DNA of 62,277 nt, the filler included. It is 3 parts of 3 records of this genome, joined end to end, with 100 filler letters (N's around TTAATTAATTAA, not from the genome) between each part and the next. Parts side by side here need not be neighbours in the genome. Positions count along the whole stretch, not along the records: positions 1 to 29,168 come from DRR723986_4957; 2 more parts are not named here. One strand, written 5' to 3'. Below the pieces are notes generated by a model that was not told the origin of the DNA, searched no databases, and saw only the letters and a list, made by a program, of their open reading frames with translations. A program made the translations under genes and the position numbers. Position 1 is the stretch's first letter. Every line of letters starts with the position of its first letter. Positions 9,219 through 19,774 of this stretch are shown piece by piece.

Positions 9219-11894
9219 TCAAGGTGCAGCGACGAAGGCGGCTTCAAGGTCTGCCTGCGTCGCGGCCTTCTGGGCCATGCAGAGACCGATCTGCTCCCGC
9301 GCCTGCGATAGCGCGCGTTCATGGCCTTCGGCGAGATCGCCATATTCCTCGAAGAGGGCGTTCAGCGCGCCCAGGCCCTCGGCATCGCAGAAATAGGCGG
9401 CGAGCCCCGGCGTGCGGCGCTTCCATTGTGCCGGGATCGCTGTCAGGAAGGACGGGAAATTGGCCTCGAGGAACGTCCACATCGCCTCACGCGTTTCCGG
9501 CGTCCGCATCTGCAGCAGCGCCATCGTGTAGGTTTCGCGCGGGCCGAGCTCTGCCGAGGCGATCAGGCTGCGCGTGCGGGCCGCCTGATCCGGGTCCGTC
9601 ACATTGCCGAGTGCGATCGCAACCGACTGGCCAAATGCCGGGTCGTCGATCTCGTCATAGGCCTGCAGTACACGGTCATACGCCGCCTGCCCACCTTCAT
9701 CCAGCAGGACGAGAAGCCCGGATGCATAGAGATCGCTGGACAGGTTCACGTCCGCTTCCGGATCAGTCAGCCACTTGTCCATTTCGGAGGCGAGTTCCGT
9801 CCGGTCCGCTTCCTGCTTCAGGATCGTGGCGTCGAACTCCATCAGGGCGGCTTCCAGTTCCGGATCTTCGTCGCCTTCGGCGATGCGAGCGTGCAGGCGG
9901 GCAGACGCCGCCTCCGCATCGGCCTGCAGGCCGGCCGCGTCTACGCCCGCCAGCCGGTCCATCAGGTCCGCATAAATGCTGAGCACGGCCGAAGCGACAG
10001 CCGCGTCGTCATGCTGCGCACCTGCCGACAGCAGGCTGCGGAACGTGGCCGCGCCCATTTCTCCGGCCGCAAAGTCCGCCTCCGCGCTGTCGATGGCGGT
10101 CAGCGCTTCGGTGGCCCTCAGCTCCGGCAGGGCAGCGATCAGCTTGTTCCATCCGTCTCCGGCGAGGTTGAACCGGTAATAGCCGGTGCCGTTGGCATTC
10201 GGGTGGTAGGTATCCGGACAGCTTGCGCCTTCCAGCGGCAGCACCTTGCGCTGGGATTTCATCAACGTGCAGGACCTGCCTCTTTCATCGCCCTCGTGCC
10301 AGGCGACGCAAACGGGAATGATCCAGCTGCGATCCGGATCAGCGTCGGACCCAAGCGGACGATACCGGCTCTGTTCCAGAACGACTTTCGCGCCAGCGCT
10401 CGTACACTGAAGTTCCGTCGCCAGCAGCGGGACGCCATTCTGCGTCACGAAGGATTTAAGCGACCGGCCAATGTCCGGATTGCCGGTCGTGCGGCCGATG
10501 GCCCGGAAGAACTGTTCGCTGTCGGCCGCCTTGTCGGCGTATTGGGCGATGTATCTGCCGAGCGCCGGGCGGAATTCCTCCGGTCCGAACCACGCATCCA
10601 CCATGCCGAGGACGGCGAGGCCCTTGTTATAGGTGATGGCATCATAGGCGTTGCGGATGTCCGCATTCTCCGTGATCGGCTGGGCCACGGCGCGCGCGCT
10701 GGCGAGGCTGTCGAGCTGCATCGCCGAAATCGTATCAACGACGGCCTGAATGTCGTGCCCCCCATTCGGCTCCAGCGTGCCCAGCACTGCCGGTTCTGCC
10801 CAGCTGGCAATGCCTTCCTTCAGCCAGAGATCATCCCACCAGGGCGGGGTGACGAGGTCGCCGAACCACATGTGCGACAGCTCATGCGCATGCACGCCTT
10901 TCATCGACCGCAGGAACATCGCGCCTGACTTCTCATTGGCGAGAATGCGGCTTTCCCGGTAGGTGATCGCCGCAGCGAGTTCGGTCGCGCCGGACGGCCA
11001 TTGCGGCGCGGCGATGATGTCCAGCTTCTCATAGGGATAGGGCTGTTCCAGCGCCTCTTCGAAGAACTCGATCATGGCCGGCGTGATGGAGAGGATCGCT
11101 TCGAGCTCGTCTCCCTTGCCCATGCGCGCATAGCCGCTGAGCGGCACCGGCCAGTCGCGCCAGGCATTGGCCGGGATCGTGCCGGCAGAGACCTTCTCGA
11201 AATTGCCGACGGCAACCGACAGCAGATAGGTCGACAGCGGACGGGTGCGCAGGAAGGTCACGCGATCAAAGCCCGGCCTTGCCGGGACGCGGGAGGCCAC
11301 CGGCGTATTGCCGATGGCGAGCATGTCTTCCGGCACCGTGAGCGTGATGTCGAATGGCGCCTTGAAGCCCGGCTCGTCGAAGCTCGGCAGGAAACGGCGG
11401 GCCTGGATGCTTTCCGACTTGGCCAGCGCATAGGCCTCGCCCTTTTCGTCCACCCGGAACAGGCCGGCGAGGTTCGCATCGAACGCTGCCGTGTAGTCGA
11501 TAGTGAGCGTGATGCCGCCCGCATGAACTCGGTTCGGAAAACCTACCCAGACAACGCCGGTCGGGTCCACTTCCGTCCAGCTCGCCGGCCGGGTCTCGCC
11601 GCCCGCAGTGACCTGAACCGACGACACGTCGAGATCGGCCCCGTGCATCCAGATACCCGTAGCAGAGGTCATCAGGTTCACGTCGATCTGGACATGGCCG
11701 GAAAAAGCGGTTTCGCGCGGATCGACCGTCATCTCCACCCGGTAGGCTACCGGCTGGGCGATGCCGGAAAGCTGGCCCGCAGGCGCAGCGGTCTTCAACG
11801 CGTCCATCGGGACGGCCCGGACCTGTGGGCCGAACGAGGAGGCCTGCGCACAGGCCGTCAGGAGCAGGAGAAGGGACGCCGCCAAGATCCGCAT
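9219..11894 (-). CDS. M1 family aminopeptidase (ERAP1-like C-terminus), lipoprotein
   Basis: HELSH-x18-E zinc motif, GATEL in place of GAMEN, AYDAITYNKG, LTAC lipobox. Confidence 0.9.
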   Translation of the reverse strand: MRILAASLLLLLTACAQASSFGPQVRAVPMDALKTAAPAGQLSGIAQPVAYRVEMTVDPRETAFSGHVQIDVNLMTSATGIWMHGADLDVSSVQVTAGGETRPASWTEVDPTGVVWVGFPNRVHAGGITLTIDYTAAFDANLAGLFRVDEKGEAYALAKSESIQARRFLPSFDEPGFKAPFDITLTVPEDMLAIGNTPVASRVPARPGFDRVTFLRTRPLSTYLLSVAVGNFEKVSAGTIPANAWRDWPVPLSGYARMGKGDELEAILSITPAMIEFFEEALEQPYPYEKLDIIAAPQWPSGATELAAAITYRESRILANEKSGAMFLRSMKGVHAHELSHMWFGDLVTPPWWDDLWLKEGIASWAEPAVLGTLEPNGGHDIQAVVDTISAMQLDSLASARAVAQPITENADIRNAYDAITYNKGLAVLGMVDAWFGPEEFRPALGRYIAQYADKAADSEQFFRAIGRTTGNPDIGRSLKSFVTQNGVPLLATELQCTSAGAKVVLEQSRYRPLGSDADPDRSWIIPVCVAWHEGDERGRSCTLMKSQRKVLPLEGASCPDTYHPNANGTGYYRFNLAGDGWNKLIAALPELRATEALTAIDSAEADFAAGEMGAATFRSLLSAGAQHDDAAVASAVLSIYADLMDRLAGVDAAGLQADAEAASARLHARIAEGDEDPELEAALMEFDATILKQEADRTELASEMDKWLTDPEADVNLSSDLYASGLLVLLDEGGQAAYDRVLQAYDEIDDPAFGQSVAIALGNVTDPDQAARTRSLIASAELGPRETYTMALLQMRTPETREAMWTFLEANFPSFLTAIPAQWKRRTPGLAAYFCDAEGLGALNALFEEYGDLAEGHERALSQAREQIGLCMAQKAATQADLEAAFVAAP

Positions 11895-11946
11895 GAATCG
11901 TTTCCTTGTCTTGTTTCGCCCTCCTGCATAGCGCATCACGGGGGCC

Positions 11947-12945
11947 ATGAAACCAGTCCTGTCGATACTTGATCCCTCGCCCCTGTTCGAGGGCCAAACC
12001 GCCGCGGACGCCTTCGCGAACACGCTCGCGCTGGCCGAAGCGCTGGACGGGCGGGGCTGGCGGTCCCTGTGGGTGCAGGAGCATCACAATGCGCGCAGCT
12101 TTGCCGGCTCTGCACCGGAAGTGCTGATCGCGGTGCTGACCCAGCGCACCCAGCATATGAAGCTCGGTTCGGGCGGGGTGATGCTGCCGAACTATTCGCC
12201 GCTGAAAGTCGCCGAACAGTTCTGCACGCTGGAAGCGTTGGCGCCGGGACGGATCGAACTGGGCGTCGGCCGGGCGACCGGGGCCGACCCGCGCACGTCA
12301 GCTGCCCTGCTCGGCCCGGGCGCGCAGGCTTTCCCAACCATGCTGCGCATGCTGATGGACTGGATGCTGGATGCGAGCGGAGAGGTCCCCCTGCCTGAGG
12401 GCCATCGGGCAAGGGGCATCCATGTCGGACCGCGGGGTCAGCGCCCGGACTTGTGGATGCTGTCGTCTTCACCAGATTCCGCCGCCTTTGCCGGGGCGAT
12501 GGGGCTGAAGCTCGCCTTTGCGGACTTCCTGGCGCCAGGCGGGGCGGGCGCAGCCCTTGAGGCCTATCGGAAAGCCTTCGAGCCGTCGCCCTTCGCGTCA
12601 GAGCCCTACGCCGCCGTGGGTCTTGTTGCCCTCGCCGCGGAGACCGAGACCGAGGCGCGCCGCCTGTCGAAACCCGCCATCGCCTGGAACCTCGCCCGCA
12701 GCACCGGCGACTTCCGCGCCTTCGTTCCGTCCACGGAGGCCGACGCCGTGATCGCGGCCGCATCGCCGGAAGCGCTGGCGGCGGCAGAGGGGCGCGGCGT
12801 GATCGGCGCGGCGAATGATGTCGCCGGGCGCCTCGCTGCCTTTGCAGGCGAGCATGGCGCCGACGAGCTGTTCATCCTGACGCTGGCAGAGCGGAACGAA
12901 GACCGTATCCGCTCCTACCAGCTGATCGCGGAGGCGATGGCCTAG
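11947..12945 (+). CDS. LLM-class (luciferase-like) flavin-dependent oxidoreductase
   Basis: WVQEHH, GSGGVMLPNYSPLKVAEQF, PGRIELGVGRA. Confidence 0.9.
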   Translation: MKPVLSILDPSPLFEGQTAADAFANTLALAEALDGRGWRSLWVQEHHNARSFAGSAPEVLIAVLTQRTQHMKLGSGGVMLPNYSPLKVAEQFCTLEALAPGRIELGVGRATGADPRTSAALLGPGAQAFPTMLRMLMDWMLDASGEVPLPEGHRARGIHVGPRGQRPDLWMLSSSPDSAAFAGAMGLKLAFADFLAPGGAGAALEAYRKAFEPSPFASEPYAAVGLVALAAETETEARRLSKPAIAWNLARSTGDFRAFVPSTEADAVIAAASPEALAAAEGRGVIGAANDVAGRLAAFAGEHGADELFILTLAERNEDRIRSYQLIAEAMA

Positions 12946-13556
12946 CCCGCGAAGCCGCGCGCCTTCATGGCCTCAAACCAGCGGCCAAGATTGGGGTGCT
13001 CCTTGTGCGGGGCCCATTTCATCACGCCGCAGAAACCGCAACCAATGAAGAGCGTGATATCCGCGATGGAAAACCGGCCGGCGGCGAGGAACTCATTGTC
13101 GGCGAGATGCGCATCGAACCGCTCCGCCATCTTCTTCGCGGCCTTCTCGCCCTTGGCGGCTGCCTCGGCGCTTTGGGGCACTTCCAGCGGCGCCATCATC
13201 GGATGGGCATTACGGAACCAGGTGGCGAACTGCATGAAGAACATCAGTTCGACGCGCCGGTCCCACATCTCGATCAGCGCCTTTTCCTTCGGGTCTGTGC
13301 CCATCAGGTTCGGCTCCGGGAAGATGCCTTCGAAATAGGTGCAGATCGCCCGGCTCTCGGTGATCTTGGTGCCGTCGTCCAGAACCAGCGCAGGCACTTG
13401 CGAGAAGGGCGAGACTTCGCGGTATTCCGCGGTCTTGTGCTCCTGCTGCATGATGGAGACTTCCTGGATGTCCACCGCATCCAGCTTGCCCTTGGCACGC
13501 AGGAAATAGACGACACGGTCCGGGTTCGGCGCCTTGGGACTATGATAGAGCTTCAT
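12942..13556 (-). CDS. Glutathione S-transferase
   Basis: APNPDRV, QVPALVLDDG, ESRAI, FSIADI. Confidence 0.9.
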   Translation of the reverse strand: MKLYHSPKAPNPDRVVYFLRAKGKLDAVDIQEVSIMQQEHKTAEYREVSPFSQVPALVLDDGTKITESRAICTYFEGIFPEPNLMGTDPKEKALIEMWDRRVELMFFMQFATWFRNAHPMMAPLEVPQSAEAAAKGEKAAKKMAERFDAHLADNEFLAAGRFSIADITLFIGCGFCGVMKWAPHKEHPNLGRWFEAMKARGFAG

Positions 13557-13578
13557 GGGGTTCCTCCTGAATTCTTGC

Positions 13579-15678
13579 CTAGAATGTTCTGCTGATCCCC
13601 ACAGTGGCATTTACCGGCTCGCCGGGGAAGTAGCGCGGATTGCCGAAGGAAACATCCGCCCGGTCGGCATAACGCTCGTCAGTGAGGTTCCGGATATTGA
13701 TCCAGACCGTGTGCGTGTCCGTCCAGGCCCAGGCCGCCCGGGCGCCCAGCAAAGTGTGCCCCGGATAGGTGTTCTGATTGCCCAGGTCGGTGAAGTATTC
13801 GCCGATGTGTTCGACATTCAGCGACAGAGCGAGCCGGTCCGTCGCCTGCCAGTTCAGGCGCGCATTGGCGAGCCATTCCGGCGCGGTGTCGATCTCGTTG
13901 CCATCGAGGATGCTGCTGGAGGCTGACGCGACAATCCGGTCGAATGTGTAGGTCTGGTCCGACCATGACACATTCCCCGACAGGGACAGCGTGTCGGTGA
14001 TGTCGTAGGCGGCGGAGACTTCGACGCCTTTATGCTCGGTCGAGCCGTCGGGCACGTTGAGACCGTCGGAGTCGCGGAAAAAGTAGTTTTCCTTGTCCAT
14101 CCAGTAGGCGGCGACATCGAAGACGAGGCGGCCATCGAGGGCTGCGCCGCGTGCGCCGATCTCAGCGCTGTCCAGCGTTTCGGTGTCGATCTGGCCGACG
14201 ACCTGCAGGCTTTGCAGGCGGTACAAGTCCGATACCTGCGGGGCGCGGGCGCCGCGGGCATAGTTGGCATAGAGATCGACCGTGTCGGAGACTGACCAGA
14301 CAGCGCCGAGCTTCGGCGTCAGGAACTCATAGGAATCCGACCGGTCTGCTGGCACGTTGAAGCGGCCATTGATGCCGGCGGGCGCCTTCGTCGTGTAGTC
14401 ATAGTCGTGGCTCTCTCCGCGCAGGCCCGCGAGGATGCGGACATCCTCCGACAGCGCCCATTCGAGTTCCGTCCAGAGGGCTGCGACGGTCGTGTCGACA
14501 TCATAGTCATAGTGGACGCCTTGCGGGAATTGGTCATTCGCCGGATTGAAGCCAAATGTCGCCCGCGATTGTATTTCGCGCAAATACCCGCTTGCGGCAT
14601 CGAGATCCGTACCGACGCGCCATGTAACCTGTTTGGACACAGGCTGTTGGTAGCGCACCATCACGCCGCCGCCGGTATGGGCATTTTTCTCAATACCGTT
14701 GTAGGGCAGGAAGTGCTGCGAGAATATCATCGCCTGCGAATGCGCGTAGGGCATCAGGACCAGCGTGCCGTCAAACAGGGGCCGCTCCAGACGCGCGCCG
14801 AGGCGGGCGGACCAGGCATTGCGGTAGGCATCCGGATCGGGGTTCGCCTTTGCGATGTCCTCGTCCTTGTAGGCATCGGCGCCGACAATATAGCCGCCGG
14901 ATTCCTGTTCGAGGTTCTGGCCGGACAGCCAGACGGTCGCGTCCCAGACACCGGGATTGAACTTGCCGACGACAGAGAGTTTCTGCTGGCTGACATCGGT
15001 ATTGTCGCGCCAGCCTGTGTCTTTCTGTAGGGAGAGATTGAACAACCAGTGCTGGCCCTCGTCCAGCTTCATGTCCGTGCGCCAGCGGCCCAGCGTGCCA
15101 TAGGAGGCGCGGAACTCGCTGCCCTCGCCCGACTCAGGCAGGATAACGTTGATCAGTCCGTGCACGGCGTTGGAACCATATTTGGCACTGCCCGGCCCGC
15201 GTACAACTTCGATCGCGTCGGCGACCTCATGGTGCGGCTCGATCAGGGAATTTACGTTGCCGAAGGCAGAGGAGCGGGTGGGGACACCATTCTCAAGGAT
15301 CAGGAAACTGCCCTGCCCGGCCCCGCCGGTCAGCACCGGCGAGCGGATGGCGATCAGATGTTCCTGCCCGGAATTCATCTGCACGTTCACGCCGGGCAGA
15401 TGGTTCAGGATCTCGGCGGGATGGTCGGCTGCGGTGGCGGCGATGTCGGCGGCATCGAGAGCAGAATAGCTTCCGGGGTCATTGGCATTCCGGTCGCCCC
15501 AGACTTCAATTGGCGAGAGAACCTCGCGTTGAATAGTTTCCTCATCTGACTGCTGTGCCAGCGCCGGAAGTGCGCCAATCGCCAGCGCTACACCCGTCGC
15601 AGCCAGAAGGCCCGAACGAGACGCTGCGGAAGAACGCTTCGCGATTCCGTTGATAATACGGCCTTTATAACTCTGCAT
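13579..15678 (-). CDS. TonB-dependent receptor
   Basis: Signal peptide, IEVVRGPGSAKYG plug motif, NLTDERY, C-terminal Phe. Confidence 0.92.
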   Translation of the reverse strand: MQSYKGRIINGIAKRSSAASRSGLLAATGVALAIGALPALAQQSDEETIQREVLSPIEVWGDRNANDPGSYSALDAADIAATAADHPAEILNHLPGVNVQMNSGQEHLIAIRSPVLTGGAGQGSFLILENGVPTRSSAFGNVNSLIEPHHEVADAIEVVRGPGSAKYGSNAVHGLINVILPESGEGSEFRASYGTLGRWRTDMKLDEGQHWLFNLSLQKDTGWRDNTDVSQQKLSVVGKFNPGVWDATVWLSGQNLEQESGGYIVGADAYKDEDIAKANPDPDAYRNAWSARLGARLERPLFDGTLVLMPYAHSQAMIFSQHFLPYNGIEKNAHTGGGVMVRYQQPVSKQVTWRVGTDLDAASGYLREIQSRATFGFNPANDQFPQGVHYDYDVDTTVAALWTELEWALSEDVRILAGLRGESHDYDYTTKAPAGINGRFNVPADRSDSYEFLTPKLGAVWSVSDTVDLYANYARGARAPQVSDLYRLQSLQVVGQIDTETLDSAEIGARGAALDGRLVFDVAAYWMDKENYFFRDSDGLNVPDGSTEHKGVEVSAAYDITDTLSLSGNVSWSDQTYTFDRIVASASSSILDGNEIDTAPEWLANARLNWQATDRLALSLNVEHIGEYFTDLGNQNTYPGHTLLGARAAWAWTDTHTVWINIRNLTDERYADRADVSFGNPRYFPGEPVNATVGISRTF

Positions 15679-15787
15679 GAACGCTTCCTCCCAAGCGGAA
15701 GCCTTGTGTTTCGTACGTGCCGCAGCGGCACGCAAGGGCCAGTCGGTCACGCCAGTGTGTCAGGTGGCTGTCAGGTAAGCCTGCCGG

Positions 15788-16537
15788 TCACAGGGAAGAC
15801 AGGCTGCGCCAGAGGTTCCAGGTGCTGACGAGGCAGATGGCGACGCCGACCACAATGGTGAATAGTTTCCGCGGAATGCGCCGCGCGGCGAACACCGCCA
15901 CCGGCGCAGCCAGCACGCCGCCGACCAGCAGGCCCAGCGCCGCCTTCCCGAACGTGCCCCCCAGCGCCAGCAGGAACGCGCCGGAGACTGCCAGCGTTAC
16001 GAAGAATTCGGCGAGGTTCACCGTGCCGATCATCTTTCCGGGGTCTCCGCCCCGGGCGATGAGGTTCGACGCGACGACCGGCCCCCAACCGCCTCCGCCG
16101 ATCGCATCCGCCATGCCACCGAACAGGCCGAGCAGGCGCACCCGGTGCAGGCGCGGCACCTGTATGCGCGGCCGCAATCCCTTCCAGATGACGACCACGC
16201 CCATGCCAAACAGGTAGGCCGCGATCACCGGGCGGAAGGTGTCTGTGTGAAGATGGCTGACGAGGAACGCCCCGGCGATGCCCCCTGCTGACCCGAACAG
16301 GGCAAGGCGCCAGAAGACATGCCAGTCGACATTCTTTGCCGCGGAATGGGAGATGCCGGACGCCGCCGTCGTGAACACTTCTGCGGCGTGGACATTGGCG
16401 CTGGCATAGGCGGGCGGCATGCCGAGCGCGATCATGAAAGTGGTGGAGATCACGCCATAGGCCATGCCGAGGGCGCCATCGATCAACTGTGCGATAAATC
16501 CGATCAGGACAAACCACAGGAAGAGTTCGTCAATCAA
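15788..16537 (-). CDS. Sulfite exporter TauE/SafE family membrane protein
   Basis: AQLIDGALGMAYG and DAIGGGGWGP repeats. Confidence 0.85.
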   Translation of the reverse strand: MIDELFLWFVLIGFIAQLIDGALGMAYGVISTTFMIALGMPPAYASANVHAAEVFTTAASGISHSAAKNVDWHVFWRLALFGSAGGIAGAFLVSHLHTDTFRPVIAAYLFGMGVVVIWKGLRPRIQVPRLHRVRLLGLFGGMADAIGGGGWGPVVASNLIARGGDPGKMIGTVNLAEFFVTLAVSGAFLLALGGTFGKAALGLLVGGVLAAPVAVFAARRIPRKLFTIVVGVAICLVSTWNLWRSLSSL

Positions 16538-16632
16538 GCAGGTTGCTCCGCCGGACCTCGCCGACGGCTGTTACTTACTACGTTGCAGGGCGACCTGAGA
16601 AGAGAGCGTTTCTAAACTCAGCCCCATACGGA

Positions 16633-17931
16633 TCAACCGGCATGCCCGGCGAAGAGCTGGTAGGGCAACGCGCCGACGACGGCTGCCGACAGGCAGGTCG
16701 CGAAGGTGCCCGCCACCAGCGTGCGCCAGGACAGGGAGAGGAAGTCATCCCGGCGGCTCGGCTCGATGATCGAGAGGCCCCCGATCAGGATGCCCATGGA
16801 ACCGAAGTTCGCAAAACCGCAAACCGCGTGGGCGGTGATCATGCGGGTGCGCGGGTCCATCGCATCGGGCGGGACTTCGGCGAGCTGCAGGAAGGCGACG
16901 AATTCGGTCAGCACCGTCTTTACGCCCATAAGGGAGCCAGACTTCGCAGCTTCCTCCATCGGCACGCCGACCATGTACATGAGCGGGGCGAAGATCCAGC
17001 CGAGGACGCGCTCGATGGAGAGCGGTGCACCGGCGACATCCGGCAGGGCGCCAAGCCCGGCATTCACCAGCCAAAGCAGCGCGAGGGCCGCGATCAGCAT
17101 GGTCGCGATGTTGAACACGATCTGCAGGCCGTCGGTCGCCCCGCGCGAGAAGGCGTCCATGGTGGACGCGTAGTTGAAGTCCGGCTCTTTCATCCGCTCT
17201 GTCGCGGGCGTGGTTTCCGGGATCATGGTGAGCGCGACGGCCACAGCGGCAGGCGCGGCCATGATGGAAGCCGTCAGCAGCTGGGCCAGCGGGTTCGCCA
17301 TCTTGCCTTCCAGGAAGGAGCCATAGACGACGAGGACCGAGCCCGCGATGGTCGCGAAACCGGCCGTCATCATGATCAACAGTTCCGAGCGCGTCATGCC
17401 CTTGATGTAGGGCCGGATGAGGACCGGCGCCTCGGTCATGCCCATGAAGACGTTTGCGGAGACAGCCAGCGAGGTCGCGCCGCCAAGGCCCATGCCGCGC
17501 CGGAAGATAAAGGCGAAGCCATTGGTGATCCATTTCAGGATGCCCCAGTGCCAGAGCATCGCCGACAGGGCGGCCACGACGATCACGATGGGCAGGATCT
17601 GGAAGAAGAAGAGCGGCGGCGGCGTACCATCCATCAGCTCGGCGCCGGCGACATTGTCCCCGACATAGCCGAACACGAAGCCCGTGCCTGCGCGGGTGGC
17701 GGCCTGAAGGCCGTCGACGACATCATTGGCGCGGAAAAGGATGGAGCGGATGAAGGGGATGCCGAACAGGATCAGCGCGAAAACGAACTGCATCACCGTG
17801 GCGCCGATCACGACTTTCCACGGGAAGAGCTTCCGTTTTTCAGACCAGGCCCAGCACAGGCCATAGATCATGGCGATGCCAAGCAACGCGCGGGCGTTGT
17901 CCCAGCCCCATTCGAAACCCATGATGTTCAT
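16633..17931 (-). CDS. Concentrative nucleoside transporter (NupC/CNT family)
   Basis: NVFMGMTEAP, GFATIAGS, KTVLTEFVAF, CGFANFGS. Confidence 0.9.
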   Translation of the reverse strand: MNIMGFEWGWDNARALLGIAMIYGLCWAWSEKRKLFPWKVVIGATVMQFVFALILFGIPFIRSILFRANDVVDGLQAATRAGTGFVFGYVGDNVAGAELMDGTPPPLFFFQILPIVIVVAALSAMLWHWGILKWITNGFAFIFRRGMGLGGATSLAVSANVFMGMTEAPVLIRPYIKGMTRSELLIMMTAGFATIAGSVLVVYGSFLEGKMANPLAQLLTASIMAAPAAVAVALTMIPETTPATERMKEPDFNYASTMDAFSRGATDGLQIVFNIATMLIAALALLWLVNAGLGALPDVAGAPLSIERVLGWIFAPLMYMVGVPMEEAAKSGSLMGVKTVLTEFVAFLQLAEVPPDAMDPRTRMITAHAVCGFANFGSMGILIGGLSIIEPSRRDDFLSLSWRTLVAGTFATCLSAAVVGALPYQLFAGHAG

Positions 17932-18193
17932 CCCGGCCCAGTCTCCCTTCCCCGAAGATATCAGCCATATGGATTAAACGTGACATCGCCGCAGGGGAAG
18001 CTTTCATGTGCGCGCTGGGTGCGATGCCAGGCAGGCGGCGAACCGGCAGGCAGGACGCCCGCCAACCGCACACTCGGTTCAACCTTCATTTGACGTCCCG
18101 AAAAGCGATGGATAGGTTTTCGCCTTAATATTCAGACCTCTGGAGCCATCTCCTGGGAGACGGCCTGCCCGATGCCGAGGAGAAGTGACCCAA

Positions 18194-19744
18194 ATGAAAC
18201 TGCGCGCTCTTTTAATGGCTGCCCTGATGGCCATGGCCGCCCCTGCTTTTGCCGAAACGGACAGCACCGAAGCGGCGAAGGAAACCGAAGCCAATACGAC
18301 TTCCAGGCCCGTACCCGAGCCGGTGATGTTCGTCACCCAGCATTCCGGCACGTTCGGCCGGCAGAAAATGTCCTACAAGGTCGAGGCGGGCGAGACGCAG
18401 ATCAAGAATGATGAGGGCAAGCCCGCGGCAAGCCTGTTCACAATCTCCTACGTTCAGGAGAAGGCCGGGTCCGACCGGCCGGTGACGTTCGTGTTCAATG
18501 GCGGGCCGGGCTCTGCCTCGGTCTGGCTGCATCTCGGCCTGCTCGGCCCGAAGCGCGTTGTGGTGGCCAGCGATGCCGACGAGGATGATGGCGCGGCGCC
18601 TTATCGGATGGTGGACAATCCGCTCTCCATCCTGGACCTGACGGATCTCGTCTTCATCGACCCGGTCGGCACCGGCTTCAGCCAGGCCATCGGCGAAGGC
18701 GAGAACAAGGATTACTGGAGCGAAGCGGGCGACAAGGAATCCATCGCGGAATTCATCCGCATCTGGATCACCAAGCATAAGCGCTGGAACGCCCCGAAAT
18801 ACCTGATCGGCGAAAGCTTCGGCACGACGCGCGCGGCTTATCTCGCCGATGAGTTGACGGTGGGCGACGTGGACATTGCCCTCAACGGCATCGTGCTGAT
18901 CTCGCAGGCGCTGGACTATGAGGGCTCCACCTCGGCCCATGACAATGTCTATTCCTATGTCACATACCTGCCCTCGATGGCCGCGGTGGCACAGTATCAT
19001 GGCCGCGCCGGGCAAGGCATTCCGCAGGCGGAGTTCCTGGCAGAGGCCCGCGCCTTCGCCCGCGACGAATACGGCCCCGCCCTCTGGAAAGGCGACCGGC
19101 TGAGCCCGGAGGAGCGCACCTATATCCGCGACAGGCTCGCTTATTTCACCGGCCTCGATCCGAAATATATCGAGACCTCGAACCTCCGCATCCTGATGCA
19201 CCGGTACCAGAAGGAACTGCTGCGGGATGAAGGCGTGGCACTGGGCCGGCTCGACGGGCGCTATCTGGGCGATGAGGCCGACGACATCGCCGAAGGCCCG
19301 GAAGACGACGTGGCGAGTTATGCGGTCAGCTCGGCCTATTCGGCCCTGATGAACCAGTATCTCGCCACCGATCTCGGCGTTGAGATGAACCGGCCTTACA
19401 TGGTCTCCAGTCCGGATGCCGGCGAGCAGTGGAACTTCCGCGATGTGCCCGAAGGCCAGTACTGGGAGCCGCACTATGTGAATGCGGGACGCAAGCTGAC
19501 CACGGCGATGCGCCACAATACGGCGCTGAAGGTCATGGTCGCCAATGGTTATTTCGATCTCATCTGCCCCTTCTTCGACGCGGAGATCACCTTCGCCCGT
19601 TATGGTATTCCGCAGGACCGGGTCGACATGACCTACTATCAGGGCGGCCACATGATGTACCTGAACGAAGGTGCACTGGACGCTCTGGTGAAGGACATTC
19701 GCAGTTTCTATGCCGGGCAGCTGGAAGACCAGCGGCCGGACTGA
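18194..19744 (+). CDS. S10 family serine carboxypeptidase, secreted
   Basis: FNGGPGSAS, DPVGTGFS, GESFG, GGHMMY. Confidence 0.92.
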   Translation: MKLRALLMAALMAMAAPAFAETDSTEAAKETEANTTSRPVPEPVMFVTQHSGTFGRQKMSYKVEAGETQIKNDEGKPAASLFTISYVQEKAGSDRPVTFVFNGGPGSASVWLHLGLLGPKRVVVASDADEDDGAAPYRMVDNPLSILDLTDLVFIDPVGTGFSQAIGEGENKDYWSEAGDKESIAEFIRIWITKHKRWNAPKYLIGESFGTTRAAYLADELTVGDVDIALNGIVLISQALDYEGSTSAHDNVYSYVTYLPSMAAVAQYHGRAGQGIPQAEFLAEARAFARDEYGPALWKGDRLSPEERTYIRDRLAYFTGLDPKYIETSNLRILMHRYQKELLRDEGVALGRLDGRYLGDEADDIAEGPEDDVASYAVSSAYSALMNQYLATDLGVEMNRPYMVSSPDAGEQWNFRDVPEGQYWEPHYVNAGRKLTTAMRHNTALKVMVANGYFDLICPFFDAEITFARYGIPQDRVDMTYYQGGHMMYLNEGALDALVKDIRSFYAGQLEDQRPD

Positions 19745-19774
19745 TCAGTTCGATCCTGATAACGGAGTAAAGTA

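Noticed and set aside
9224-10928. Long antisense and alternate-frame ORFs here and elsewhere (16543-18093, 18212-19651, 34648-35835, 58800-60110)
   Set aside because: Shadow ORFs of high-GC genes, with no recognisable motifs
15679-15787. Riboswitch (e.g. cobalamin or TPP) upstream of the TonB receptor
   Set aside because: Short intergenic region with no recognisable aptamer motifs
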